From a virus: 44,711 nt of DNA. The notes under the pieces are model-generated. The model worked only from the letters and a program-made list of their open reading frames with translations, ran no database searches and was not told where the DNA came from. The position numbers were made by a program, and so were the translations under genes. Shown here in pieces: positions 15,594 to 22,668 of this stretch; the first letter of the stretch is position 1; the number at the start of each line of letters is the position of its first letter. Location: IMG/VR virus record IMGVR_UViG_3300044453_000072, one strand, 5' to 3'.

Positions 15594-16646
15594 CTATCCC
15601 CGCGTTACACTTTGCATTCTGCGCCCGGCAGATTCGGCCAGGCTCCGGCGATTTGCCGATTGTACGTAGGGCCGAGCCTCTTTCGCGTCTTTCCAGCCGA
15701 ACCACGCCGTCAGCTCGTATTCGGTCGCCCCGCCTTCGGCCATCTTGGTAGCGCGCCATTTCCGAACGCTATGTGCCGTGATGCCCTCGACGCCAGCTTG
15801 CCGGAACCACTTGGCGATGCGCTGCGATAGAGCCTTGTCGCTGGCGAAGGCTCTCCCCCAATCATTGGTGAGGAACACCAGCCCGTTCGTCTGCTCGATT
15901 ACGGCCCGCGCCTCCGGCGAGATGGTCAACTCGCACAGGACGCCGGTCTTAACCGTCTTGAAGCACAGAAGCCCGCTACGCACGTGCTGAGGCCCGAGAA
16001 TGCGCAGATCCGATACGCGCATCCCGAAGGCCTTCAGGAGCGTCATAGCGCGCCGTGCGGGGCCGCTGGTGTGGAAAGCCTCATATTGGGCGATATGCTC
16101 GTCAGTGGCAGTCTCATGGCCTTCTGTGGCGGCGTTCAGGCGCTTCACGTCCCGAACCGGGTTGTCGGCCCTCAGATCGTTGTCGAATGCGAAGGCGAAT
16201 ATCTGCGAGAGCACCTTCAGGCGCTCGTTCGCCGCGTGGGGGTTCGTCGCCTTCCGATTGCGCAGAATCGCGATATGCCGCGCCTCGATCTTCTCGAAAC
16301 GCTCCATGCCGAACGTCTCGGGGAAGCGCGGGTCAAGCGGCTCCGCCATCATGGTCAAGATGATCCTGCGCCGCGCCGAGCGTGTCGCTTCGGCCTTTAG
16401 CTTGAAGCCGGGGCTGTCCATGTACCTGTCGGCCAACCATGCGAGCGTGCCTTCGCTATTGATTGCAGCGGGCGCTTGCCAGGTCAAATGACGCTGGTAC
16501 ACTGCCATGAATTCGGGCGTCGTCGGGTCGCTCGGCAGTTCGCCAAGGGGCTGCCCGCGCCGCCGAAAATAGTAGCGGTACGATCCATCCTTGTTCCGCC
16601 GGACGGTGACATGCTTGAGGCGAAGGCGCATGATTGGAGCGTTCAC
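15594..16646 (-). CDS. int: Tyrosine recombinase / phage integrase (350 aa)
   Basis: The catalytic-domain signature is ...GMRVSDL...HSVRKWRAT...RPYVQ (R, H-x-x-R, Y). The N-terminal LRLKHVTVRRNKDGSYRYYFRRRG is typical of proteobacterial phage integrases. Confidence 0.9.
   Translation of the reverse strand: MNAPIMRLRLKHVTVRRNKDGSYRYYFRRRGQPLGELPSDPTTPEFMAVYQRHLTWQAPAAINSEGTLAWLADRYMDSPGFKLKAEATRSARRRIILTMMAEPLDPRFPETFGMERFEKIEARHIAILRNRKATNPHAANERLKVLSQIFAFAFDNDLRADNPVRDVKRLNAATEGHETATDEHIAQYEAFHTSGPARRAMTLLKAFGMRVSDLRILGPQHVRSGLLCFKTVKTGVLCELTISPEARAVIEQTNGLVFLTNDWGRAFASDKALSQRIAKWFRQAGVEGITAHSVRKWRATKMAEGGATEYELTAWFGWKDAKEARPYVQSANRRSLAESAGRRMQSVTRG
15601..15610 (-). promoter_or_regulatory. 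Partial fourth copy of the motif (GTGTAACGCG) inside the 3' end of int
   Basis: The minus-strand reading is AAAGTGTAACGCGGGGATAG, which spans the integrase stop codon. Confidence 0.4.
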
Positions 16647-16849
16647 GGTTGAGGCTCCCGGATTAACCCGTCGCTGTCCGCCGCTTCGTCAACCAGTGGC
16701 GGAACCTTCTCCCCGCTATCCCCGCCGATCACAAGCCGGACCTTCCCGTTCTCATAGACCACTTCGCTGATAGGCAGCCCGCATTGCCGCACGGCTTTCA
16801 CCATGCGCACGACTTCATCGTGTTTCACGCGGGAGGCTGCCCTAGTCAT
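16643..16849 (-). CDS. Small protein immediately upstream of int (candidate excisionase/RDF; function unknown)
   Basis: 68 aa, overlapping the int start by 4 nt. The assignment rests on position only. Confidence 0.4.
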   Translation of the reverse strand: MTRAASRVKHDEVVRMVKAVRQCGLPISEVVYENGKVRLVIGGDSGEKVPPLVDEAADSDGLIREPQP

Positions 16850-17223
16850 CTTCCCCTGTCCTGCTGGGGGTGGGCGGCAGAAAGCTCTTGTTCGACCTGT
16901 TCACGGGTCACGCCAGAATGCCAGCGGCCTATGGATTTCAGCCAGGCTATGGCGACATCAACGTCGGCTAGTTTGATGACTTCTTCCCGGACTGCCTTCG
17001 CCCTGTTGCCAGCATGGATTCGGCATTCAGGGCAGGGTCGGCGGCAATCTTCGCAGCCGCCTTCCGGGTCTATGCATGCGAATTCCTCGAAACAGTCGGA
17101 TGTCTCGCCTTCGCCTCCGCAATGCCAACATTCATCGCCGTTCGGATTGAGGCGGCGATCAACGTCGTCATAGATTGCGCCAAGCATGATGTCTGCGCGT
17201 TCCGCTGCCGTCGTCGCCATCAC
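16846..17223 (-). CDS. Cys-rich putative zinc-binding protein (125 aa)
   Basis: It contains multiple Cys pairs: CWHCGGEG, CFEEFAC, CEDCRRPCPEC. Confidence 0.6.
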   Translation of the reverse strand: MMATTAAERADIMLGAIYDDVDRRLNPNGDECWHCGGEGETSDCFEEFACIDPEGGCEDCRRPCPECRIHAGNRAKAVREEVIKLADVDVAIAWLKSIGRWHSGVTREQVEQELSAAHPQQDRGR

Positions 17224-17636
17224 CGCTTCTCGCCTTCAAGAGAGCGGAGAAGGGCGATCAGAAGGGCGATTGCGGGCGAAGCGCAATTGTATGCGCGCTG
17301 CTCATCATTCCGTCCGGGCTGCTTTGACGGGTTCCAGATCGTCGCCTGCCCCTTGTCGCCCGTACCGCTTGCACGGCACTCCCATGACCACCCAGGCCTC
17401 ACCTTCTCGACAAGAGCGATAGCCGCGTCTAGGGAGGCGGTGTAGGCGGGCCATCTGATATCTGCGGGTTCCCGCATATCGCTGCTGTCATTGGGATGAA
17501 TTAGCCCGCCTCGGCCTTCAACATAGTCGTCATATTCCGGATGAAAGTGCCGGAAGATTGCGAGATTGACCTCCCGGTTCGCCCCTTCCAGTTTCTCCAG
17601 CCGTTCAATAAGCTCTTTCCTATCCATTGCGATCAT
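17220..17636 (-). CDS. Hypothetical protein (about 138 aa)
   Basis: The internal ATG 17636 (or 17627) is chosen because the longer ORF overlaps the upstream gene. Confidence 0.5.
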   Translation of the reverse strand: MIAMDRKELIERLEKLEGANREVNLAIFRHFHPEYDDYVEGRGGLIHPNDSSDMREPADIRWPAYTASLDAAIALVEKVRPGWSWECRASGTGDKGQATIWNPSKQPGRNDEQRAYNCASPAIALLIALLRSLEGEKR

Positions 17637-17844
17637 CTTCGGTGAGGGAGCGGCCCGATTGGAGGTCGGCAACCATTCGTTCGGCAGCCTGAATGGTTGC
17701 GTCACCAAGCATCGTGAACCGATGAACGACGCCGCCTTGAACGCGCGGATCGTCGGTCTCAATAATCACTTCAAGGCCGTTGGTGTTGGTGTCGAAATCC
17801 CACCAATAGCTTGGTACGAACCCTCTCTTGCGCGCCCCGCTCAT
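17620..17844 (-). CDS. Hypothetical protein (74 aa)
   Basis: ATG 17844 overlaps the upstream stop as ATGA. Confidence 0.5.
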   Translation of the reverse strand: MSGARKRGFVPSYWWDFDTNTNGLEVIIETDDPRVQGGVVHRFTMLGDATIQAAERMVADLQSGRSLTEDDRNG

Positions 17845-18488
17845 GTCTGCCCTCCATTGGTGAGGGCGGAACGGATGCGGGCGAATGCAGAACAGCCGTC
17901 CGGATCGTAGTCGGGCCAGAGCGCGGGGCCGTCGCATTCATCGCCGGGCGGGATCGCGCGCGCGGCAACCACGCCAGATAGGAAGGCGTGCTTGAGCAAA
18001 TTGGACAGGTCCAATTCCTTGACCCCCACACCCCCGCTATTGGGGATGGTGGCGCGAGGCTTGTTGAGGTACTCGATCATCATGGCGGCATCGAGCGCCA
18101 AACGCCGCGCAGCACCTGGCGTATCGAAGAACCGGCGCAAACGATCAGCGATGGCTTGGGCGTCACCAGACACCACTTCCTCCGATACGGATGGGCGTGT
18201 GCGGAGACTCGTGATGTAGTCGAGCAGCTTGCGGATGTTGTCGGGAGAGCATCGAGCGATGTGGGCCTTCGCCCGCTCCAACTCGCAGTCGAGTTCGTCT
18301 CGCGCCTCTTGCTCGGACTTGTTCTCATCTTCGGTGATGCATGGAAAGTCGTCGGAGGAAGACATGGTGCAAATCGCCATGCCACCGCTCTCAACTGTTC
18401 CGTCACCGGTCGCTTTCCACGGCCCCGGTGTCACACCTTCTAGCCCCGCTTCCAGTTCCTCGATCAGCTTCTCTATCTCACTCGGCAT
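17841..18488 (-). CDS. Ead/Ea22-like protein (215 aa)
   Basis: The N-terminal coiled segment followed by ..TPGPWKA.. is typical of the Ead/Ea22-like family (recalled). Confidence 0.5.
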   Translation of the reverse strand: MPSEIEKLIEELEAGLEGVTPGPWKATGDGTVESGGMAICTMSSSDDFPCITEDENKSEQEARDELDCELERAKAHIARCSPDNIRKLLDYITSLRTRPSVSEEVVSGDAQAIADRLRRFFDTPGAARRLALDAAMMIEYLNKPRATIPNSGGVGVKELDLSNLLKHAFLSGVVAARAIPPGDECDGPALWPDYDPDGCSAFARIRSALTNGGQT

Positions 18489-18567
18489 CGTTCTTCCTTT
18501 CGAGCAGGGCGCGGGCTTCCCGTTCCGCCACGAGTTCCGCCACCGGCTCTATCTCTGGGTTAAGCAT
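18478..18567 (-). CDS. Possible coupled micro-ORF (29 aa)
   Basis: MLNPEIEPVAELVAEREARALLERKNDAE. Its start overlaps the upstream stop (ATGCTTAA) and its stop overlaps the downstream start. Confidence 0.25.
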   Translation of the reverse strand: MLNPEIEPVAELVAEREARALLERKNDAE

Positions 18568-18778
18568 GGTCGGGGCTCTCAATTTCTTCGAGGGTGCAGT
18601 TGTCTGCGCCGTAAATTTCGAAGAACGCTTCCGCCAATGATGAAATGCAGACCAAGCCGCCAACGTCCGGGTCGGCACGATGCTTCCCGTCCAAGGCGCA
18701 ATCGGCGTCAATCTTCCGGTCAAAAATGACGCCCTCGGTTTTGTTTTCGTTCCATGCGATATAGCGCTTGGCCATCAT
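18560..18778 (-). CDS. Hypothetical protein (72 aa)
   Basis: ORF overlapping the stop of the HNH gene by 4 nt. Confidence 0.55.
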   Translation of the reverse strand: MMAKRYIAWNENKTEGVIFDRKIDADCALDGKHRADPDVGGLVCISSLAEAFFEIYGADNCTLEEIESPDHA

Positions 18779-19206
18779 TCTATCTCCTGTATTGCGGTGC
18801 CAAAGAGCCTCTTGGGAGGAAGGCTTGGTTTCGATGATGCCCGCTGCTCTCGACGGGCTGATTTGGACGATCTGGTCGTAAAGCCACGAGACTGCATCTT
18901 GGGAGGATCGATGATGCGAAGGTGTTTCTTGCGGACGGCGGCGACCTTGGACTTTTCAGCCTTCGCCTCGCGGGTGTGTCCGGCATGGCATTTGATGTGA
19001 GCCGGGAAAATCTTGCTCTCGCGGTTCTCGCCCCCGTTGATAAGCGCGGGGTCGTGATTGGCTTCCCATTTCTCGCCAGCCTGGATTGGCAGTTCGCACA
19101 GGTGACAGACGCCATTCTCACGCTCCCAGATGCGCAAGCGGACGCGAGGCGGTATCTTGCTGTCTGGTGTCTTACCTATCCACTCGGAGACGGTGCGCCC
19201 GGTCAT
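18775..19206 (-). CDS. HNH endonuclease (143 aa)
   Basis: The HNH/zinc signature is CHLCELPI...WEANHDPALINGGENRESKIFPAHIKCH. The C-terminal tail is basic. Confidence 0.8.
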   Translation of the reverse strand: MTGRTVSEWIGKTPDSKIPPRVRLRIWERENGVCHLCELPIQAGEKWEANHDPALINGGENRESKIFPAHIKCHAGHTREAKAEKSKVAAVRKKHLRIIDPPKMQSRGFTTRSSKSARREQRASSKPSLPPKRLFGTAIQEIE

Positions 19207-19532
19207 GCCAATAGCGCCTTTCGGGCCATCTTGAGTTGCTTGCCCTTAGGGCGGCGTTCGCGTAAGATTTCGGCGCGTTCACATACAAACGACAGCCCCG
19301 GCATATGACAATCGGGGTCAGGTATCAGGTCGCCAACGGGCTTGACTTCATAGACGGTTCCGTTGCCATGACTGGCGGCATACAGAACGGCGGCCGCATA
19401 TTCGGTAGTGACGCAGACCTTTGAAATGTCGCAAGCGCGAGGGTCGATTTCCGCAGCGAACGAACGCTGTCCTGTTTCTTTCGCAGGTAGGATAGTCCTT
19501 AGGCCGCGTGGCCCGCCATGATAATACGCCAT
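19203..19532 (-). CDS. Arr-like (rifampin ADP-ribosyltransferase-fold) small protein (109 aa)
   Basis: MAYYHGGPRGL..ILP...KVCVTTEYAAAVLYAA..GNGTVYEVKPVGDLIPDPD...PG.SFVC aligns motif by motif with recalled Arr sequences (YHGT.., IYIT..AA.WGA, G.I.IVEP.G...DDPN, PGN..SYR). Confidence 0.5.
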   Translation of the reverse strand: MAYYHGGPRGLRTILPAKETGQRSFAAEIDPRACDISKVCVTTEYAAAVLYAASHGNGTVYEVKPVGDLIPDPDCHMPGLSFVCERAEILRERRPKGKQLKMARKALLA

Positions 19533-19777
19533 CACCAGCTTTCCTCTACCCGTTCCCTGTCCACCCTGTCTGGAAACACCCTCGCAAGGTCTGCATGAAC
19601 CAGGTCCTGCTTTGCCTTGATGATCGCTGCGGAGCCTCGCTTGTGAGACTTCCGGCATTGTCTTAACCGCCGGTCCAGATCAGCCATCTGCGGATCGATC
19701 CCACACATGGCCTTGCGTGATCGCCAATTCGCCCATTGCAGGATTGCTCTGCGGGAAAGGATCAGGAAGCGGCTCAT
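19532..19777 (-). CDS. Hypothetical basic protein (81 aa)
   Basis: ORF in the operon. Its stop shares one base with the next start (TGATG). Confidence 0.5.
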   Translation of the reverse strand: MSRFLILSRRAILQWANWRSRKAMCGIDPQMADLDRRLRQCRKSHKRGSAAIIKAKQDLVHADLARVFPDRVDRERVEESW

Positions 19778-19795
19778 GCTCTCATTCCTTCGTGA

Positions 19796-20137
19796 TTAGG
19801 CGACCTTGGCCATGGCCCGGAAATTGCTCTGTACAGTCCGCCAGGCTTCGATGATCGCCTCGCACTTCGACCGCTGGTTTCGGTATTCCTCATCGGCCTC
19901 TACAGCCGCATAGAAACGTTCGCAGGCTTGCCGGTAGTTCTCGTCCAGCACCGACTTCGCATCGCGCTCTGCAACGCTTCCTTCGGCTGACAGAAAGGCT
20001 CTTGCCTTCGCTGCCCGGCGTTCATCTTCCCGGCGTTCTCGCATTGCCCTTGCGGCTGCCGCTGGCTGCGCATGGCCTTCCAGCATGTCGAAGGCGGCAT
20101 GGACCGTCTCGTCTTTGATCGTGAAGCGCGGGGTCAA
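19796..20137 (-). CDS. Hypothetical coiled-coil protein (113 aa)
   Basis: Charged helical sequence overlapping the upstream stop by 4 nt. Confidence 0.55.
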   Translation of the reverse strand: MTPRFTIKDETVHAAFDMLEGHAQPAAAARAMRERREDERRAAKARAFLSAEGSVAERDAKSVLDENYRQACERFYAAVEADEEYRNQRSKCEAIIEAWRTVQSNFRAMAKVA

Positions 20138-20400
20138 AACGGTATGGTCCCGTTGTCGAGGTCGCGGGCGTCATCCCCGTAACTGGTGCGCGGGTCGTCG
20201 CGGTCGTGACGTTGCTGTGCGTCCTTGCGCTTGAAGGCGAGGGACTGGAATCGTCCCTTCCGGCCATCCTTGGTCCAAGCCGAGACGTAGTATTCAACGC
20301 CGTCGATTATGGCCGTCCCGGTGGCGTGGGGATGGGTGTCCTTTTCGCGCCGTTCGTTCTTGAACAGTGCGCCGGAATTGTCTTTCGGTTCGAATGCCAT
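20134..20400 (-). CDS. Mini single-stranded-DNA-binding-like protein with acidic ..DLDNGTIPF tail (88 aa)
   Basis: AGGAGA lies 6 nt upstream of ATG 20400. It sits directly downstream of ERF. The C-terminal IPF tip resembles the bacterial SSB C-terminus. Confidence 0.6.
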   Translation of the reverse strand: MAFEPKDNSGALFKNERREKDTHPHATGTAIIDGVEYYVSAWTKDGRKGRFQSLAFKRKDAQQRHDRDDPRTSYGDDARDLDNGTIPF

Positions 20401-20410
20401 CGTGGTTCTC

Positions 20411-21118
20411 CTAGCCTGCCATGATCGGGTATTGTGAAAGGTCGCTGCCGTTTGCCTCCTTGGCGTCACGGTCGGCCATCTGTTTCAGTTCCTTTTCGGC
20501 CTTCTCGAATTCCTCTGCGGCGGCATCGCACCAAGCCGGGGGCCACTTGTCGGTGGCGGCTTTCTTCGACCATGCCTGCCGGACGGACTGGAGCTTTACG
20601 GTCGTGCCGCACTCGTTGATTTCCCGCTTCATTTCCTCGAATACGCCATCGCGCTTTAGCTGCGCGCTGGACGTGCGCTTGGTCGGTTCCGCGCCGCCAT
20701 CATGGGCGCTGGCAACCTCCGGGTCGTCGCCGGTTTCGATCTGGAACAGCTTGAACAGTACGTATTTATTCGCGCCGGTAATGGCCTTGTAGACGCCCTT
20801 GTCGCCAACGGAACCATTCTTGGCCCGGTCATTGCCCATGCCAGCCGCGCCGATCTTCTCGGGCCAGACATCGCCGTCCTTGTGCATGAGGGTGTATTCC
20901 ATCTGCACCGTGACGTTGCCGTGGTCATCTACCGGCGTGACGGCCTTGACGGACGGAATGAGAAGCAGCCCGGCTTCGAGCATTGCGGGGCGTAGCTTGT
21001 CGAGCAGATCGGCCTCGCCTGCATACCTGTATCCGTGGAATGCGTTCTTGCCGGTTTTCTGCACGTAGCCGACTTTCGACATGACTTCGTGCAGTGCTTT
21101 TGCTATGGTTGCGGACAT
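20411..21118 (-). CDS. erf: ERF-family single-strand annealing protein (235 aa)
   Basis: The N-terminal signature is ...VMSKVGYVQKTGKNAFHGYRYAGEADLLDKLRPAMLEAGL... Confidence 0.85.
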   Translation of the reverse strand: MSATIAKALHEVMSKVGYVQKTGKNAFHGYRYAGEADLLDKLRPAMLEAGLLLIPSVKAVTPVDDHGNVTVQMEYTLMHKDGDVWPEKIGAAGMGNDRAKNGSVGDKGVYKAITGANKYVLFKLFQIETGDDPEVASAHDGGAEPTKRTSSAQLKRDGVFEEMKREINECGTTVKLQSVRQAWSKKAATDKWPPAWCDAAAEEFEKAEKELKQMADRDAKEANGSDLSQYPIMAG

Positions 21119-21273
21119 TGCGCGTCCTTCCTCATCAGGTAGTGCCGCCAGTACCAGCGGGCGTTTCGAACAAGCCGCTTGACCTCATCGGGTCTGTTCA
21201 TTGCCCGCCATTCGCGGGCTGTTTTCAGAAGCCCCTTGGCGCAATCGCGACATGCTGCGGAATAGTCAGACAT
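21103..21273 (-). CDS. Hypothetical small basic protein (56 aa)
   Basis: ATG 21273 (MSDYSAACRDC...) overlaps the upstream stop (ATGTCTGA). Confidence 0.45.
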   Translation of the reverse strand: MSDYSAACRDCAKGLLKTAREWRAMNRPDEVKRLVRNARWYWRHYLMRKDAQCPQP

Positions 21274-21415
21274 TTGCCTTCTCCGCATTGTTTCGTTCGA
21301 TCTCGCGCACCACGGCGCGCAGTTCCCGGCTCAACCCGCTCCGCAACAACGTCTCGCAAGCAGCCTGGATTTCCTCTGGCGTTGGCCTGTGCAGTTCGCG
21401 GGGAGCGTGGTTCAC
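21266..21415 (-). CDS. Small hypothetical protein (49 aa), GTG start
   Basis: GTG 21415 overlaps the upstream stop as GTGA. The product is VNHAPRELHRPTPEEIQAACETLLRSGLSRELRAVVREIERNNAEKANV. It is not in the ORF track. Confidence 0.4.
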   Translation of the reverse strand: MNHAPRELHRPTPEEIQAACETLLRSGLSRELRAVVREIERNNAEKANV

Positions 21416-21534
21416 GGCCTCGGCCCGTCGAAATACCCGACGCCCAAGATCACCGCCGCCAGAATGAACCCCGTCGCTCTGGGATGATCGGATAGCCAGT
21501 AGAAAACCGCGTCGGAAAGGGGATGGTCACGCAT
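21412..21534 (-). CDS. Possible membrane micro-protein (40 aa)
   Basis: MRDHPLSDAVFYWLSDHPRATGFILAAVILGVGYFDGPRP has one hydrophobic helix. Its start overlaps the upstream stop. Confidence 0.3.
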   Translation of the reverse strand: MRDHPLSDAVFYWLSDHPRATGFILAAVILGVGYFDGPRP

Positions 21535-21898
21535 CTTCAGTCTCCCGTTCATCCGCCCATTGCTTGGCGTCGAAAAGTTCATCGTCCAGAATGTCCTTGA
21601 AACCGGCCCGGCATTTCTTCGCGTCGAATGTCTCGTCATTGCCGAGAGAGGCAGCCAGTTCCGCGATATTCAGGGTGCAATCGAAGGCCGCTTCTGCTAC
21701 TCTCGGAACCACGTTCGTCAGGTAGTTGTGGGCCGTTCCGCGCTGACGGGATTCGCCGTCGATAAGGACTGGCGGGAGGCTTGCCTCGATGCGTTCCAGT
21801 TCCCGGATGGCCCTGCGGATATGCGCGCTGATTTCCTCGCGGGTGCAGTCGCCAACTGATCTGACATAGTGCTGGTCTGGCTTGCGGACGTGGTTCAT
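21527..21898 (-). CDS. Hypothetical protein (123 aa)
   Basis: ATG 21898 overlaps the upstream stop as ATGA. Confidence 0.55.
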   Translation of the reverse strand: MNHVRKPDQHYVRSVGDCTREEISAHIRRAIRELERIEASLPPVLIDGESRQRGTAHNYLTNVVPRVAEAAFDCTLNIAELAASLGNDETFDAKKCRAGFKDILDDELFDAKQWADERETEDA

Positions 21899-22260
21899 TT
21901 GTCGGCTCCGGTGCGGGCCGGAACAGCGCAGCCGTAGGTGTCCACGAACCATTTAAACTGCTCGGAAAGGGCGGCTGTTTCTTCCTTCGTGACGCCTTCT
22001 GTGGTACCGATGAAGTTCACGATGAACCCGGCGCGACCGTCCATTTTCGCAAGCGTCAAACCGCCGCCGACAATGCTGGAATAGGGAACCGCACTGGCGG
22101 TCAGGCGGACGACCTCACCTTCCGGCTTAGGAGGCGATTGAAGGCTGTCGCGAGCGTGTTGAAACAGCATCCGAAGCTCGTCCATCGAAAGCTTTTGACG
22201 GGTGCGAGCAAGACGCTTATCGTCGCGAATGCGGTCCCAATAATCGGCGGGGTTGGTCAT
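21895..22260 (-). CDS. Hypothetical protein (121 aa)
   Basis: Clean ORF overlapping the upstream stop by 4 nt. Confidence 0.6.
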   Translation of the reverse strand: MTNPADYWDRIRDDKRLARTRQKLSMDELRMLFQHARDSLQSPPKPEGEVVRLTASAVPYSSIVGGGLTLAKMDGRAGFIVNFIGTTEGVTKEETAALSEQFKWFVDTYGCAVPARTGADK

Positions 22261-22388
22261 GACGTTTCCTTTGTGCAGTCAGGACACGGCCCGTAATGGA
22301 CCTTGATTTTGTAGGTTGAGCCGACGACCGGCGACCAACTGATCTTCACGCGACCGGTGCCGTGACACGTTGGGCATTTGTCCTTCAC
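22257..22388 (-). CDS. Small DnaJ-type zinc-finger protein (43 aa from GTG; up to 62 aa from ATG 22445)
   Basis: AAGGAG lies 9 nt upstream of GTG 22388, which overlaps the upstream stop as GTGA. The zinc-finger elements are CPTCHGTGRV...CPDC. Confidence 0.5.
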   Translation of the reverse strand: MKDKCPTCHGTGRVKISWSPVVGSTYKIKVHYGPCPDCTKETS

Positions 22389-22630
22389 CGTCCCTGCTCC
22401 TTGAGGGCGACCGGCTCTAGGTTCTTGGGCGATAGCCATTGCCACTTGCGACCGCGCTGCCGGATCGACGGGTTCACTGGAAACCCAATCAGCAGAACCC
22501 GCTCGGCATCCGGGCCGCGAAGAAGTTCTTCTTGCGCGGGGTCCATGCTGAACACGCGGCCGGTTCGAACATGTCGGAACTGGTCCACACCCTTCAGCAT
22601 CGCGTCTCTAATCTCGGCTGCGGTCATCAT
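22385..22630 (-). CDS. Hypothetical protein (81 aa)
   Basis: ORF in the leftward operon. Confidence 0.55.
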   Translation of the reverse strand: MMTAAEIRDAMLKGVDQFRHVRTGRVFSMDPAQEELLRGPDAERVLLIGFPVNPSIRQRGRKWQWLSPKNLEPVALKEQGR

Positions 22631-22668
22631 TCCATTCCTTCTCCCGGCCCTGTGACCGGGTGGGGTGG

